64,000 nt of DNA from Dehalococcoidia bacterium (GCA_030605765.1 JAUWHP010000033.1:7812-71811), one strand, 5' to 3'. Positions 10,120-19,634 are shown, counted from the first letter of the stretch. The notes: generated by a model from the sequence alone, not told the origin. Translations and numbers: made by a program.

Positions 10120-10670
10120 CGTTTAACTCCTTTTTGATAAAGAGAGATGAATGTATCACCATAGCGACGTTGTTCAATTAGGTGCAATCCATCATAGTCA
10201 GGGTTTAGAGGGAAACGATTTGCGTGGCAAACTACGATTGTCGAGTTTTCCTCTATTAATTCTGAGTTAGCTAGAGCAACCAGCAAATTACTTGCATAGG
10301 GATTGGAATAAGGCGGATCTATAAAAACGATATTGTAGTTGTTATTAAGGAAGGTAATCGACTTGCTTGCCCTGCAGCAATAAATATGGGCTTTGCTTGA
10401 CAGTCCTGTTCTGTCCAGGTTGTATTTAATGATTCCGCAGCTTTTTCTACTTCGATCAACAAAATCAGCCCATTCTGCCTTGCGGCTTAAAGCTTCTATA
10501 CCCAGGGCACCACTGCCGGCGTATAAATCGAGAACGTGATCCCAACAACTGGCGGTGTTCTCCAAGATAGAAAAAATAGCTTCCTTTGCCAGGTTGGTTA
10601 TAGGTCGGGTTCGTCGCCCTGAGGGAGCTTTCAATTGGGTTCCTTTGGCCTTACCACCAATGACTCTCAT
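10116..10670 (-). CDS. rsmD: 16S rRNA (guanine966-N2)-methyltransferase
   Basis: MRVIGG, LDLYAGSGALGIEALSR, DPPY; adjacent to coaD. Confidence 0.96.
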   Translation of the reverse strand: MRVIGGKAKGTQLKAPSGRRTRPITNLAKEAIFSILENTASCWDHVLDLYAGSGALGIEALSRKAEWADFVDRSRKSCGIIKYNLDRTGLSSKAHIYCCRASKSITFLNNNYNIVFIDPPYSNPYASNLLVALANSELIEENSTIVVCHANRFPLNPDYDGLHLIEQRRYGDTFISLYQKGVKR

Positions 10671-10792
10671 TTAATGTATTTATTGTATTATGATTTGCTA
10701 CCTGTTTCAAGCAGCCCAGATAGTTTGACTCAAAGCAGTGCATAATCTATAATTGGCCTTGAGGAGCGAATACTGGTCGTGGAGATCTGAAT

Positions 10793-13246
10793 ATGGCTAC
10801 TGGATTTGAAAGATTCTCGGAAGGAGCCCGTAAGGTGCTAGCGCGAGCTCAAGAGGAGGCTAAGCGCTTAGGTCACAGTTACATTGATACTGAGCATGTA
10901 TTGTTGGGGTTAGTAGCGGATGAATCAGGGGGGGCAGCCAAAGTCTTAATCAAACTGGGTGTCCCGTTGAATAAAGTGCAAGCAGCAGTGGAATTTGTAG
11001 TTGGGAAGGGAGAGAAAGAAACCAGTGGAGCGATTAGCCTTGCTCCTAGGGCCAAAAGAGTTATCGAACTTGCTGTTGATGAAGCGCGGCGGTTGAATTC
11101 TAACTACATCGGAACTGAGCATCTTCTGCTTGGTTTATTGCACGGAGGTGAAGGAGTAGCTGGTAATGTTTTGGAGAGTTTCGGTATTACTCTGGAGATG
11201 GCGCGTGAGGAAGTTAGTAAGATTATGAAACATGAAGCAATACATGCTCGCGCAGCTCGCAGTCCTACACGCACCCCAACTTTGGATCACCTTGGAACAG
11301 ATCTAACTGCTCTGGCTAAGGCAGATAAACTTGACCCCGTTATTGGACGTATCAAGGAGATTGAGAGAGTAGTTCAAATACTAAGCCGTCGCACTAAGAA
11401 CAATCCAGCACTTATCGGTGAACCAGGTGTTGGCAAAACAGCCATTGTTGAAGGGTTGGCTCAGCGTATCATATCTGGAGAAGTCCCTGAGGTATTACAA
11501 GGCAAGAGAATAGTCTCCTTAGATATAGGTGCCTTGGTGGCTGGAACAAAGTATCGTGGTGAATTTGAGGAGAGACTGAAGAGAGTTATTGAGGAGGAAA
11601 AAACTGCCGGGAATTGTATCCTGTTTATCGATGAAATGCAGACTATCGTGGGTGCTGGAGCGGCTGAGGGTGCTGTTGATGCCTCTAATATATTGAAACC
11701 CTCACTAGCACGTGGTGAAATACAGTGTATTGGTGCCACTACCTTGAATGATTACCGTAAATATGTGGAGAAAGACCCTGCTCTGGAGCGGAGGTTTCAG
11801 ACTGTCTTGGTGACTGAACCGACCGTGGAAGAAACTTTGGATATCTTGCGAGGCATTAAACATAGATATGAAGAATTTCATCGCTTGATTATAAGTGACG
11901 AAGCCTTGCAGGCAGCAGCTTCTTTGGCTGCCAGATACATACCTGACCGATATTTGCCTGATAAGGCTATTGATTTAGTGGATGAATCTGGTTCTAGAAA
12001 GCGTATCAAGCATAGTAGTGCTCCTATTGGTTTAACTGAGGCGAGGCAGGCTCTAGAAAGCGTGCGTAAGGAGAAGGAAACGGCCATCGCTTCTCAACAG
12101 TATGAGTACTCCGCTGAACTGCGTGACCGTGAGCTTCAACTGATAGAAAAGGTTGGGCAGACGGAGAAAGAGTGGCAGGTTAAGCAGGAACTGGGAAAAC
12201 CCACTGTTACTGCAGATGATATTGCTGAGGTAACCGGTATGTGGACGGGGATTCCAGTGGTGAAGTTGACGACTGATGAAACTAGCCGCCTTCTGCAAAT
12301 GGAGGAGGCTTTGCATCGTCGCATAATTGGCCAGGATGAAGCTATAAACACAGTAGCCAAAGCAGTGCGAAGAGCTCGAGCAGGTTTGAAAGCTCCGCGA
12401 CACCCAATTGGAGTCTTTATATTTTTGGGGCCTACAGGTGTAGGTAAAACTGAATTAGTGAGAGCATTAGCTGAATTCATGTTTGGCAGCGAGGATACTT
12501 TAGTCAGACTTGATATGTCAGAATTCATGGAGCGCCATACGGTGGCTCGCTTGGTTGGAGCACCACCTGGATACATAGGCTATGAAGAAGGTGGGCAATT
12601 AACTGAGGCGGTGAGGCGAAAGCCATATTGTTGTATTCTTCTCGATGAAATTGAAAAGGCGCATTATGACGTGTTCAATATGCTGCTTCAGATTTTTGAT
12701 GATGGCCACTTAACCGATGCTAAAGGGCGTCGTGTCGATTTTCGTAATAGCATCATAGCGATGACTAGCAACATTGGTGCTGAGCTTATTAAGCGCGATA
12801 TGAGTATTGGCTTTGCTACTCATGTTGATAGTAAAGGGAGCCAGCAAGTAGGATATGAGAAAATGAAGGGGAAGGTGCTGGGGGAAATGAAGAAGAAATT
12901 TCGCCCTGAGTTTCTCAACCGAATTGATGCTACTGTTGTCTTTCACGCTTTAAGCAAAGAAGACATTCGTCAGATTGTCGAGTTAATGCTTGGTGAAGTT
13001 GCTACTTCGCTTAAAGAGAAAAATGTAGCTTTAGAAGTTACGGATGCTGCTAAGGACCTCCTAGGCAGTAAGGGCTATGACCCTGTTTTTGGAGCCCGCC
13101 CTCTGCGTCGTGTAATCCAGAATTTAGTTGAAGACCCGCTTTCTGAGTCGTTGCTGCGAGGCGAATTTGAATCAGGAGATACCGTAGAGGCAGATGCTGA
13201 CGGCGAGAAGATTGTAATGCGGTCATTAGTTAAGGAGACCTTATAA
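10793..13246 (+). CDS. clpC: ATP-dependent Clp protease ATP-binding subunit ClpC
   Basis: Double Clp-N repeats, two Walker A/B sets, UVR domain, IGF loop; clpC-radA-ispDF order. Confidence 0.97.
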   Translation: MATGFERFSEGARKVLARAQEEAKRLGHSYIDTEHVLLGLVADESGGAAKVLIKLGVPLNKVQAAVEFVVGKGEKETSGAISLAPRAKRVIELAVDEARRLNSNYIGTEHLLLGLLHGGEGVAGNVLESFGITLEMAREEVSKIMKHEAIHARAARSPTRTPTLDHLGTDLTALAKADKLDPVIGRIKEIERVVQILSRRTKNNPALIGEPGVGKTAIVEGLAQRIISGEVPEVLQGKRIVSLDIGALVAGTKYRGEFEERLKRVIEEEKTAGNCILFIDEMQTIVGAGAAEGAVDASNILKPSLARGEIQCIGATTLNDYRKYVEKDPALERRFQTVLVTEPTVEETLDILRGIKHRYEEFHRLIISDEALQAAASLAARYIPDRYLPDKAIDLVDESGSRKRIKHSSAPIGLTEARQALESVRKEKETAIASQQYEYSAELRDRELQLIEKVGQTEKEWQVKQELGKPTVTADDIAEVTGMWTGIPVVKLTTDETSRLLQMEEALHRRIIGQDEAINTVAKAVRRARAGLKAPRHPIGVFIFLGPTGVGKTELVRALAEFMFGSEDTLVRLDMSEFMERHTVARLVGAPPGYIGYEEGGQLTEAVRRKPYCCILLDEIEKAHYDVFNMLLQIFDDGHLTDAKGRRVDFRNSIIAMTSNIGAELIKRDMSIGFATHVDSKGSQQVGYEKMKGKVLGEMKKKFRPEFLNRIDATVVFHALSKEDIRQIVELMLGEVATSLKEKNVALEVTDAAKDLLGSKGYDPVFGARPLRRVIQNLVEDPLSESLLRGEFESGDTVEADADGEKIVMRSLVKETL

Positions 13247-13360
13247 ATATAGTGTAAGAGCTGATCTAAGAAAGGGCTGCCAGAAAATATAAAAGGTCGC
13301 TGTAACTGATGCTAGTGGTCTTGTGGTGGGATGTTAAACGGCTTAGTTGAAATTTAATAA

Positions 13361-14749
13361 TTGGACAAATCTAAGGTCAAGCGTATTTTTGTTTGTCAGC
13401 AATGCGGCAAGGAAAGTGCCAAATGGTTAGGGCGATGCCCCAATTGCCAGGCATGGAATAGCTTTGTAGAGACCGCGGTTGGCCTATCGCATATCCCCTC
13501 TGATTGGTCTTGCTCTAGGGAAAACAAACCTCAAGAGCTTTCTCAAGTGGATATAGGCTCCTTTTCTCGCTTTCACCTCGGCTTTGCCGAACTGAATCGG
13601 GTTCTCGGAGGTGGTTTAGTTCCGGGTTCTTTGGTGCTTATCGGAGGCGAACCGGGAATAGGTAAATCCACACTTTTGCTGCAGGCTTTAGCCATGGTAG
13701 CAGAGAGTAACGGACCTGTCGCTTATGTTTCTGGAGAGGAATCTATTAATCAAGTTAAGCTCAGGGCTGAGCGCTTAAACGTGAGAGGCAAGGGGCTTTT
13801 CATCTTATCCGAAACTAGCTTATCTGCACTCTTAGGGCATTTGGAAGCACTTCTACCTCACTTGGTGGCTATAGATTCAATTCAAAGCGTGTATCTGGAA
13901 GATGCGTCTGGTGTACCCGGCAGTATTGCTCAAGTACGTGAATGCACACTGAGGTTGATGTATTGGGCAAAGCAAAATAATGTGCCTGTATTTATCATAG
14001 GGCATGTGACTAAAGACGGTGCTATTGCTGGCCCTGGAGCGTTGGAGCACATCGTTGATGTAGTGCTTTATTTCGAAGGTGAACAATTCAGTAACTATAG
14101 GATGCTGCGGAGCGTAAAAAATCGCTTTGGCTCCACTAACGAAGTGGGCGTCTTTGAGATGGGCCGTAGTGGGCTGATAGAAATAGAGAACCCGTCTCAA
14201 GTTTTCTTATCTAATTATAAGGATGCTGCTATTGGCTCTGTCGTGGTGCCGGTGCTTGAGGGGACACGCCCCTTGTTGGTGGAAATTCAAGCCTTGATTA
14301 CCCCTGCCAGTTTTGGCCCACCCCGGCGCATTGCTAATGGCATCGATTTTAATCGTCTTCTGTTGATTAGTGCCGTGCTTAGTAAACGCGCTGGGCTGAA
14401 GGTTTCTAACCAGGATATCATGGTCAACGTTACTGGTGGACTCAAGGTCAATGAACCGGCAATTGACTTAGGAATTGCCTTGGCTATAGCCTCTAGCTTT
14501 CGTGATAGTAAACCGCTCTCTGGCTTGGTTGCGCTGGGAGAAGTAGGCCTGAACGGGGAACTCAGATCTGTAGCTCAGGCTGAGCGACGGATTGCTGAGG
14601 CTATCAGATTGGGCTTTAAATCTTGCCTTATGCCTAGATCTTCATCTGAGCTTTCTCTTGGCAAGGGGGACATTGAATTAATCGAAGCTAGCTCTGTAGC
14701 TGATGCCCTGCATTTAGGTTTGAGACGGGAGCCGAAAGGAAAGCAATAA
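13361..14749 (+). CDS. radA: DNA repair protein RadA/Sms
   Basis: C4 Zn finger, GEPGIGKST, KNRFG. Confidence 0.98.
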   Translation: MDKSKVKRIFVCQQCGKESAKWLGRCPNCQAWNSFVETAVGLSHIPSDWSCSRENKPQELSQVDIGSFSRFHLGFAELNRVLGGGLVPGSLVLIGGEPGIGKSTLLLQALAMVAESNGPVAYVSGEESINQVKLRAERLNVRGKGLFILSETSLSALLGHLEALLPHLVAIDSIQSVYLEDASGVPGSIAQVRECTLRLMYWAKQNNVPVFIIGHVTKDGAIAGPGALEHIVDVVLYFEGEQFSNYRMLRSVKNRFGSTNEVGVFEMGRSGLIEIENPSQVFLSNYKDAAIGSVVVPVLEGTRPLLVEIQALITPASFGPPRRIANGIDFNRLLLISAVLSKRAGLKVSNQDIMVNVTGGLKVNEPAIDLGIALAIASSFRDSKPLSGLVALGEVGLNGELRSVAQAERRIAEAIRLGFKSCLMPRSSSELSLGKGDIELIEASSVADALHLGLRREPKGKQ

Positions 14750-15961
14750 ATGGGCGAGACCTCTGGAGTAGGGGTTATTATAGTTGCTGCTGGCAAGGCT
14801 GAGCGGATGGGTGCTACGGACAAAATCTTTGCTCCCTTGGCGGGCAAACCTGTATTAGCTTGGCCGGTGGATACATGCCAGCGATGTAGCTTAGTTAAGC
14901 AGATAATCATTACGCTGAATAATGGCAATCTAAAGCCAGGCCAGAAGTTAAAAGAAGAAAGAGCTTGGACCAAGGCTACTATGTGTCTTGGTGGTGCACA
15001 GCGACAAGACTCGGTAAAGGAAGGGCTACTCAAGCTGAAGGACTGTGATCGAGTCATAATTCACGATGGAGCTCGCCCTTTCCTGACTTCGGATTTAATT
15101 CAAAATGGCTTGGAGGCAGCCAAAGAAACTGGTGCTGCTGTAGCTGCCGTGCCGGTTAAGGATACCATCAAATTTACCGATGATACGGGGTTAATTACGG
15201 AAACGCTTCAGCGTAATAGGTTGTGGGCAGTACAAACTCCACAAATATTCAGCTTTGATGTAATAAACCAGGCTTACCAGGAACTCACAACCGAGATTAC
15301 TGATGACGCCGCTGCTGTGGAGCGCTCAGGACACAAAGTGAAGATTTATCCTGGCGATTACAATAATATAAAGATAACCACACCTGAGGATTTGGCGCTA
15401 GCGGAGATTATTGCACGGCTTAATCCTGAACAAAGCAAGTGCCCTCCTTGTTACCCTGAGCGGCACGAAGGAGCTAAGGAAGAACTGAGAGTTGGCATTG
15501 GCTATGATAGCCATCCTTTGGTTCCGGGGCGCAAGCTGGTTTTGGGTGGTGTGGATATTCCTTATGATAAGGGCTTATTAGGGCGGAGTGATGCTGATGT
15601 GGCCACTCACGCTATTATAGATGCTTTGTGTGGTGCCGCTGATCTTGGTGATATTGGCACTCGGTTCCCTCCGGAAGATCCGAGGCACGAAGGCATCTCC
15701 AGTTTGGATTTGCTGAATGAAATTCGTAAGCTACTTGAAGGAAAAAACTTTAAGGTAACTAATATCGATACTACTATCATTGCCCAACGTCCCAAACTTT
15801 CGCCTTTTGTTCCTGAGATGAGAAAACAAATCAGCCAAGCTTTAGGTATTAAAACGACACAGGTGACGATTAAAGCTACTACCACCGATGGTTTAGGTTT
15901 TATCGGTAGAGAAGAGGGAATAGCTGCTCAATCTGTAGCTTTAGTTACCACCATTTTATAA
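14750..15961 (+). CDS. ispDF: Bifunctional IspD-IspF (MEP cytidylyltransferase / MEcPP synthase) fusion
   Basis: AAGKAERMG, IHDGARP, NIKITTPEDL followed in frame by RVGIGYDSH, SDADV, KATTT. Confidence 0.93.
   Translation: MGETSGVGVIIVAAGKAERMGATDKIFAPLAGKPVLAWPVDTCQRCSLVKQIIITLNNGNLKPGQKLKEERAWTKATMCLGGAQRQDSVKEGLLKLKDCDRVIIHDGARPFLTSDLIQNGLEAAKETGAAVAAVPVKDTIKFTDDTGLITETLQRNRLWAVQTPQIFSFDVINQAYQELTTEITDDAAAVERSGHKVKIYPGDYNNIKITTPEDLALAEIIARLNPEQSKCPPCYPERHEGAKEELRVGIGYDSHPLVPGRKLVLGGVDIPYDKGLLGRSDADVATHAIIDALCGAADLGDIGTRFPPEDPRHEGISSLDLLNEIRKLLEGKNFKVTNIDTTIIAQRPKLSPFVPEMRKQISQALGIKTTQVTIKATTTDGLGFIGREEGIAAQSVALVTTIL
15421..15475 (+). repeat. REP-like element remnant(s) within the ispDF linker
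   Basis: TGTTACCCTGAGCGGCACGAAGGAGCT resembles intergenic copies at 1671 and 30485 (reverse strand). Confidence 0.5.
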
Positions 15962-16212
15962 CTTGGTTTACCTTCTTCCCAGTAGACTATAAATTTGACT
16001 GCTCTCTGTTGTGTCAAATACTCTTCACTTTCCCGGCGCAGCTTTTTGAAATCCGTTGATTCTAAAAAGGCCTTGAGAAGCTCGATATTCATTGCTGCTT
16101 CTTTGTCTTCTTGCGCACTTTCCATATACTTGTTTACCAGGCTCCAGAATTCTTCTCTGGCTACAGTTTCTATGCAATGGGAAAGGCTGGGCAAAAGGTC
16201 TATACAACCCAT
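15928..16212 (-). CDS. Hypothetical protein
   Basis: 94 aa ORF with protein-like composition, divergent from the DUF134 operon; 34-nt convergent overlap with ispDF. Confidence 0.7.
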   Translation of the reverse strand: MGCIDLLPSLSHCIETVAREEFWSLVNKYMESAQEDKEAAMNIELLKAFLESTDFKKLRRESEEYLTQQRAVKFIVYWEEGKPSYKMVVTKATD

Positions 16213-16251
16213 ATTCTAATTTGTATCACTAACTAACAATATTTTCAAAAT

Positions 16252-16304
16252 TTGACAGCATTAATGATGGGTGTTAGAATCATTATTGACATATGTTCAT
16301 AATG
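16252..16304 (+). promoter_or_regulatory. Sigma70 promoter plus operator-like palindrome
   Basis: TTGACA(16252)-17 bp-TAGAAT(16275) with extended TG; CATTATTGACATATGTTCATAATG palindrome 16281-16304. Confidence 0.85.
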
Positions 16305-16329
16305 ACTAATGGAGATGAGGTGATTTCTG

Positions 16330-16794
16330 TTGGCTAGGCCGGTGAAATTGCGGTGTGTTGCCCAATTACCTAGAGCGGGTTTTTTTAGGCCGGTAGGGCC
16401 TCCAGCAAGTGCTTTACAAAAGGTTTGCCTTTCTGTGGAAGAAATCGAATCTATTCGGCTTAAGGATTTTGAGGGGTTGGAGCAGGAGGAATGTGCTCAA
16501 GAGATGCGCATCTCCAGGCCAACTTTCCACCGTATATTAGGGTCAGCCAGAAAGAAATTGGCCGATGCCTTGGTTAATGGCAAAGCGATTCAAGTTGAAG
16601 GTGGTAACTTTGGATTAGCTCAAAGTTATTTTAGGTGTAACAATGATGGACATGAATGGAATGTACCTTTTGAGGCTCTGGCACGTGGATTTCCATTATC
16701 TTGCCCTATATGCTCCAGTGCGAACATCCAGCCTTTGCCTTCATTTGGCTTTGGGAAAAGATATGGCAGGCGATTCCGTGGAGGAAGAGTTTAA
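16330..16794 (+). CDS. DUF134 (UPF0251) HTH DNA-binding protein with C-terminal Zn ribbon
   Basis: MARP.K.R, EEIESIRLKDFEGLEQEECAQEMRISRPTFHRIL, IQVEGG, CNNDGH...CPIC. Confidence 0.92.
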   Translation: MARPVKLRCVAQLPRAGFFRPVGPPASALQKVCLSVEEIESIRLKDFEGLEQEECAQEMRISRPTFHRILGSARKKLADALVNGKAIQVEGGNFGLAQSYFRCNNDGHEWNVPFEALARGFPLSCPICSSANIQPLPSFGFGKRYGRRFRGGRV

Positions 16795-16837
16795 CAATGG
16801 AATACAAGAAGAATATAAGAAAAGGAGGTGAGTAAGA

Positions 16838-17077
16838 ATGCCATTTGGAGATGGAACAGGGCCAGTAGGGTTGGGTCCAATGACGGGCAGAGCAGCGGGT
16901 TTTTGTGCCGGTTTCGGCAGGCCTGGGTTTGCCAATCCCATTCCTGGAAGTTGGTTTGGCTTTGGCAGTGGGGCACCTTATGGGCATTACTATGCTGGGC
17001 GTTATAGCCGTTTCTATCCTTGGCGAGGTCGGGGCAGACGGTGGAGATGGTGGGCGCCCTATCGGTATTCCTGGTAA
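16838..17077 (+). CDS. DUF5320-family protein (N-terminal motif only)
   Basis: MPFGDGTGPVGLGPMTGRAAGFC; strong AAGGAGGTGA RBS. Confidence 0.88.
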   Translation: MPFGDGTGPVGLGPMTGRAAGFCAGFGRPGFANPIPGSWFGFGSGAPYGHYYAGRYSRFYPWRGRGRRWRWWAPYRYSW

Positions 17078-17103
17078 GGAAGAAATTTAGGGGGGGTGAT
17101 ATA

Positions 17104-17280
17104 ATGTGGCCTTGGTTTGGACGGAATCCTTGGGGATGGCCTGCATATAGAATGCCTTATGGTTACCCGTGGGGAGCCATACCTAAAGAGGAAGAGATAA
17201 GAATGCTTAAAGAGCAAGAGAGATGGCTGACGAACGAACTGAATGATGTAAAGAAGAGACTTGAAGAAATTCGCAAATAA
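17104..17280 (+). CDS. DUF5320-like protein (C-terminal coiled coil only)
   Basis: GGGGGTGA RBS before ATG 17104; W/P/Y-rich N-term then EEEIRMLKEQERWLTNELNDVKKRLEEI. Confidence 0.8.
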   Translation: MWPWFGRNPWGWPAYRMPYGYPWGAIPKEEEIRMLKEQERWLTNELNDVKKRLEEIRK

Positions 17281-17297
17281 AATTAAGGAGGTGAATT

Positions 17298-17690
17298 ATG
17301 CCAGGATTTGATGGAACAGGACCAGGTGGAATGGGTCCGATGACAGGAGGTGGAAGGGGTTTTTGTAGCCCCTGGGGCTCAGGCGGTTGGCACGGTTTAG
17401 GGAGAGGAGGCGGTTTTGGATTTAGGGGAAGCTCTCCTCCGTGGCCTTTTGTTGGTATAGGTAGGGGGGGATTGCCCAGAGGTGCGTATCCGGGAGCTGC
17501 TGGGATGCCTGTATCACCAGCCTACCCCTCTTATAGTAGCCCTTCGACTATGCCTTATGGGAGTAGCCCTTACGCTGCACAAATGACTCGGGAGCAGGAA
17601 ATGGATTTTCTGAAGAGCCAAACTGAAGCAATGAAGGGGCAATTGGAGCAAATTGGTGCTAGAATGAAAGAACTGGAAACAGAAGAATAA
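17298..17690 (+). CDS. DUF5320-family protein (full length)
   Basis: MPGFDGTGPGGMGPMTGGGRGFC plus C-terminal QEMDFLKSQ coiled coil; AAGGAGGTGA RBS. Confidence 0.92.
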   Translation: MPGFDGTGPGGMGPMTGGGRGFCSPWGSGGWHGLGRGGGFGFRGSSPPWPFVGIGRGGLPRGAYPGAAGMPVSPAYPSYSSPSTMPYGSSPYAAQMTREQEMDFLKSQTEAMKGQLEQIGARMKELETEE

Positions 17691-17704
17691 GAAGGAGGAG
17701 AATC

Positions 17705-18283
17705 ATGAAGATCGGAGTGTCAGCAATAGCTCCTAGTTTAGATGCTGAAGTGGACCCCCGGTTTGGAAGATGCCAATACTTTGTCATTGTTGATCCGCAA
17801 ACCATGGAATTTGAAGCTTTACAGAATTCTAGTGCCATGGCTGCAGGTGGAGCTGGCATTAGCACGGCTCAGATGATTGCCAATAAAGGGGTACAAGTAA
17901 TACTTACCGGCAATTGTGGGCCTAATGCTTATCAGACATTATCCGCTGCTGGACTTCAGGTGATCACTGGCGCTGCCGGCAGGATAAGGGATGTTGTGCA
18001 GGCTTATAAGGATGGTAAATTTCAACCAACTGCTCAGGCTAATGTAGGTAGCCATTATGGCATGGGCAGTGGCTCTGGTATGGGTATGGGCCGCGGCATG
18101 GGCATGGGCATGGGTAGAGGAATGGGGCGTGGTATGGGGATGGCATCTATGACAGAGCCAGTACCTCAAGCCGTGGGCCCAGAACAAGAGACAGAGATGC
18201 TTAAAAGCCAGGCACAGGTATTAGGGCAGCAATTAAATGAAATACAACGGCGTATTGAGGAGTTAAGTAAAAAGAAGGAGTAA
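17705..18283 (+). CDS. NifB/NifX-like (FeMo-co binding fold) protein with GMG-repeat linker and coiled-coil tail
   Basis: VDPRFGRCQYF, GNCGPNA; GMGMGRGMG repeats. Confidence 0.92.
   Translation: MKIGVSAIAPSLDAEVDPRFGRCQYFVIVDPQTMEFEALQNSSAMAAGGAGISTAQMIANKGVQVILTGNCGPNAYQTLSAAGLQVITGAAGRIRDVVQAYKDGKFQPTAQANVGSHYGMGSGSGMGMGRGMGMGMGRGMGRGMGMASMTEPVPQAVGPEQETEMLKSQAQVLGQQLNEIQRRIEELSKKKE
18057..18145 (+). repeat. Coding low-complexity Gly-Met/Gly-Arg repeat
   Basis: Repeated ATGGG(C/T/G) units encoding GMGSGSGMGMGRGMGMGMGRGMGRGMGM. Confidence 0.85.
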
Positions 18284-18292
18284 GGAGGTGCT

Positions 18293-18505
18293 ATGCCCAT
18301 CTATGAATATCAATGCACTCAGTGCGGACAAAAATTCGAGGTTCGCCAAACGATTGGTGAGGGAGGTTCTAAGCTAAGCTGCCCTAAATGCCATGCCTCA
18401 AATCCTGAAAGGCTCTTTTCTTCGTTCTTCAGCCCAGCCTCAATCACAACTGAGTCTTCAGGGACAAGCTGTCCTACTTGCAACTCTGGAATTTGTGGGC
18501 TGTAG
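18293..18505 (+). CDS. FmdB-family zinc-ribbon protein
   Basis: MPIYEYQCTQCG...CPKC, C-terminal CPTC...C. Confidence 0.92.
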   Translation: MPIYEYQCTQCGQKFEVRQTIGEGGSKLSCPKCHASNPERLFSSFFSPASITTESSGTSCPTCNSGICGL

Positions 18506-18547
18506 CCTAGAAGCTAAAGAGAGCCGATTTCTATTGGAGGTGTTATT

Positions 18548-18772
18548 ATGTCCAGAGGAGATGGCACAGGCCCTTTGGGTCAGGGACGGGGGACAGGAAA
18601 AGGGATGGGCCGTGGTATGGGAAGTGGGAGAATGGGAGGGAACCGCCCTGGAGCGGGTCCTAGCGGAAACTGCGTTTGCCCCAGTTGTGGGACAAAAGTC
18701 TCCCACCAGGTGGGCGTTCCCTGTTACAACCTGAGTTGTCCTAAGTGCGGGACGAAAATGATTAGAGAATAG
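18548..18772 (+). CDS. DUF5320-motif protein with C-terminal Cys-rich Zn-ribbon
   Basis: MSRGDGTGPLGQG, GMGRGMG, CVCPSCG...PC...CPKCG. Confidence 0.88.
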   Translation: MSRGDGTGPLGQGRGTGKGMGRGMGSGRMGGNRPGAGPSGNCVCPSCGTKVSHQVGVPCYNLSCPKCGTKMIRE

Positions 18773-18773
18773 A

Positions 18774-19634
18774 ATGATAATCTCCGTTGCCAGCGGTAAA
18801 GGAGGCACAGGGAAAACGCTGGTAGCTGTAAATCTGGCTCTTACTTTGAGTGATGTGTACAGAGTACAGCTATTAGATTGTGATGTAGAGGAGCCAGATG
18901 CGCATATTTTTCTTCATTTAGCTACTAATCGAAGCGAAGCGGTAGTGATTCCTGTGCCTAGAATAGATGAGACGAAGTGTACCTATTGTGGCAGGTGTGC
19001 TGAAGTCTGTGTCTATAATGCTATCGCTGTGCTTAAGGGAAAGGTGCTCGTTTTCCCTGAGTTATGCCATGGCTGTGGAGCGTGTTCTTACTTATGCCCC
19101 GAGTCAGCTATTTCCGAGGAGGGGAGAGAAATAGGAGTGGTGGAAACAGGGGATTCAGGAAATATGGAGTTTATTCAGGGACGACTTGCCATTGGAGAGC
19201 CAATGGCTCCACCTATAATCAGGGAGGTAAAGAAGCACATTGATCGTGTAAGAGAGGTCATTATCGATGTTCCTCCAGGAACTTCTTGCCCCGTAGTAGA
19301 GGCAGTTAAGAGTAGTGACTTCTGCCTCTTGGTGACTGAGCCTACTCCTTTTGGGTTGAATGACCTTTCGCTAGCAGTAGAGCTGGTAAGAAAATTGCAA
19401 ATCCCATGCGGGGTGATAATTAACCGAAGTGGCGTAGGAGATGAAAAAGTTGAGCAATACTGTCAGGAGCAGGGGATACCCATCTTGCTGAAGATTCCTT
19501 TAGATAGAAATATTGCCACACTCTATTCGAAAGGAATCCCCTTGATAGCAGGTATGCCTGAGTGGCGTGGGGTCTTTGTTACTCTTTTTCAAAATATAAA
19601 GCAGATAGACTCAGCTAGTCGGGTGGTGAAATGA
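18774..19634 (+). CDS. MinD-superfamily P-loop ATPase with inserted ferredoxin domain
   Basis: SGKGGTGKT, DCDVEEP, CTYCGRC/CHGCGAC, DVPPGTSCP, EPTPFG. Confidence 0.95.
   Translation: MIISVASGKGGTGKTLVAVNLALTLSDVYRVQLLDCDVEEPDAHIFLHLATNRSEAVVIPVPRIDETKCTYCGRCAEVCVYNAIAVLKGKVLVFPELCHGCGACSYLCPESAISEEGREIGVVETGDSGNMEFIQGRLAIGEPMAPPIIREVKKHIDRVREVIIDVPPGTSCPVVEAVKSSDFCLLVTEPTPFGLNDLSLAVELVRKLQIPCGVIINRSGVGDEKVEQYCQEQGIPILLKIPLDRNIATLYSKGIPLIAGMPEWRGVFVTLFQNIKQIDSASRVVK

Noticed and set aside
16838..17690. RiPP precursor peptides
   Set aside because: No recognisable maturase (radical SAM, YcaO, LanM), peptidase or exporter nearby; they fit DUF5320
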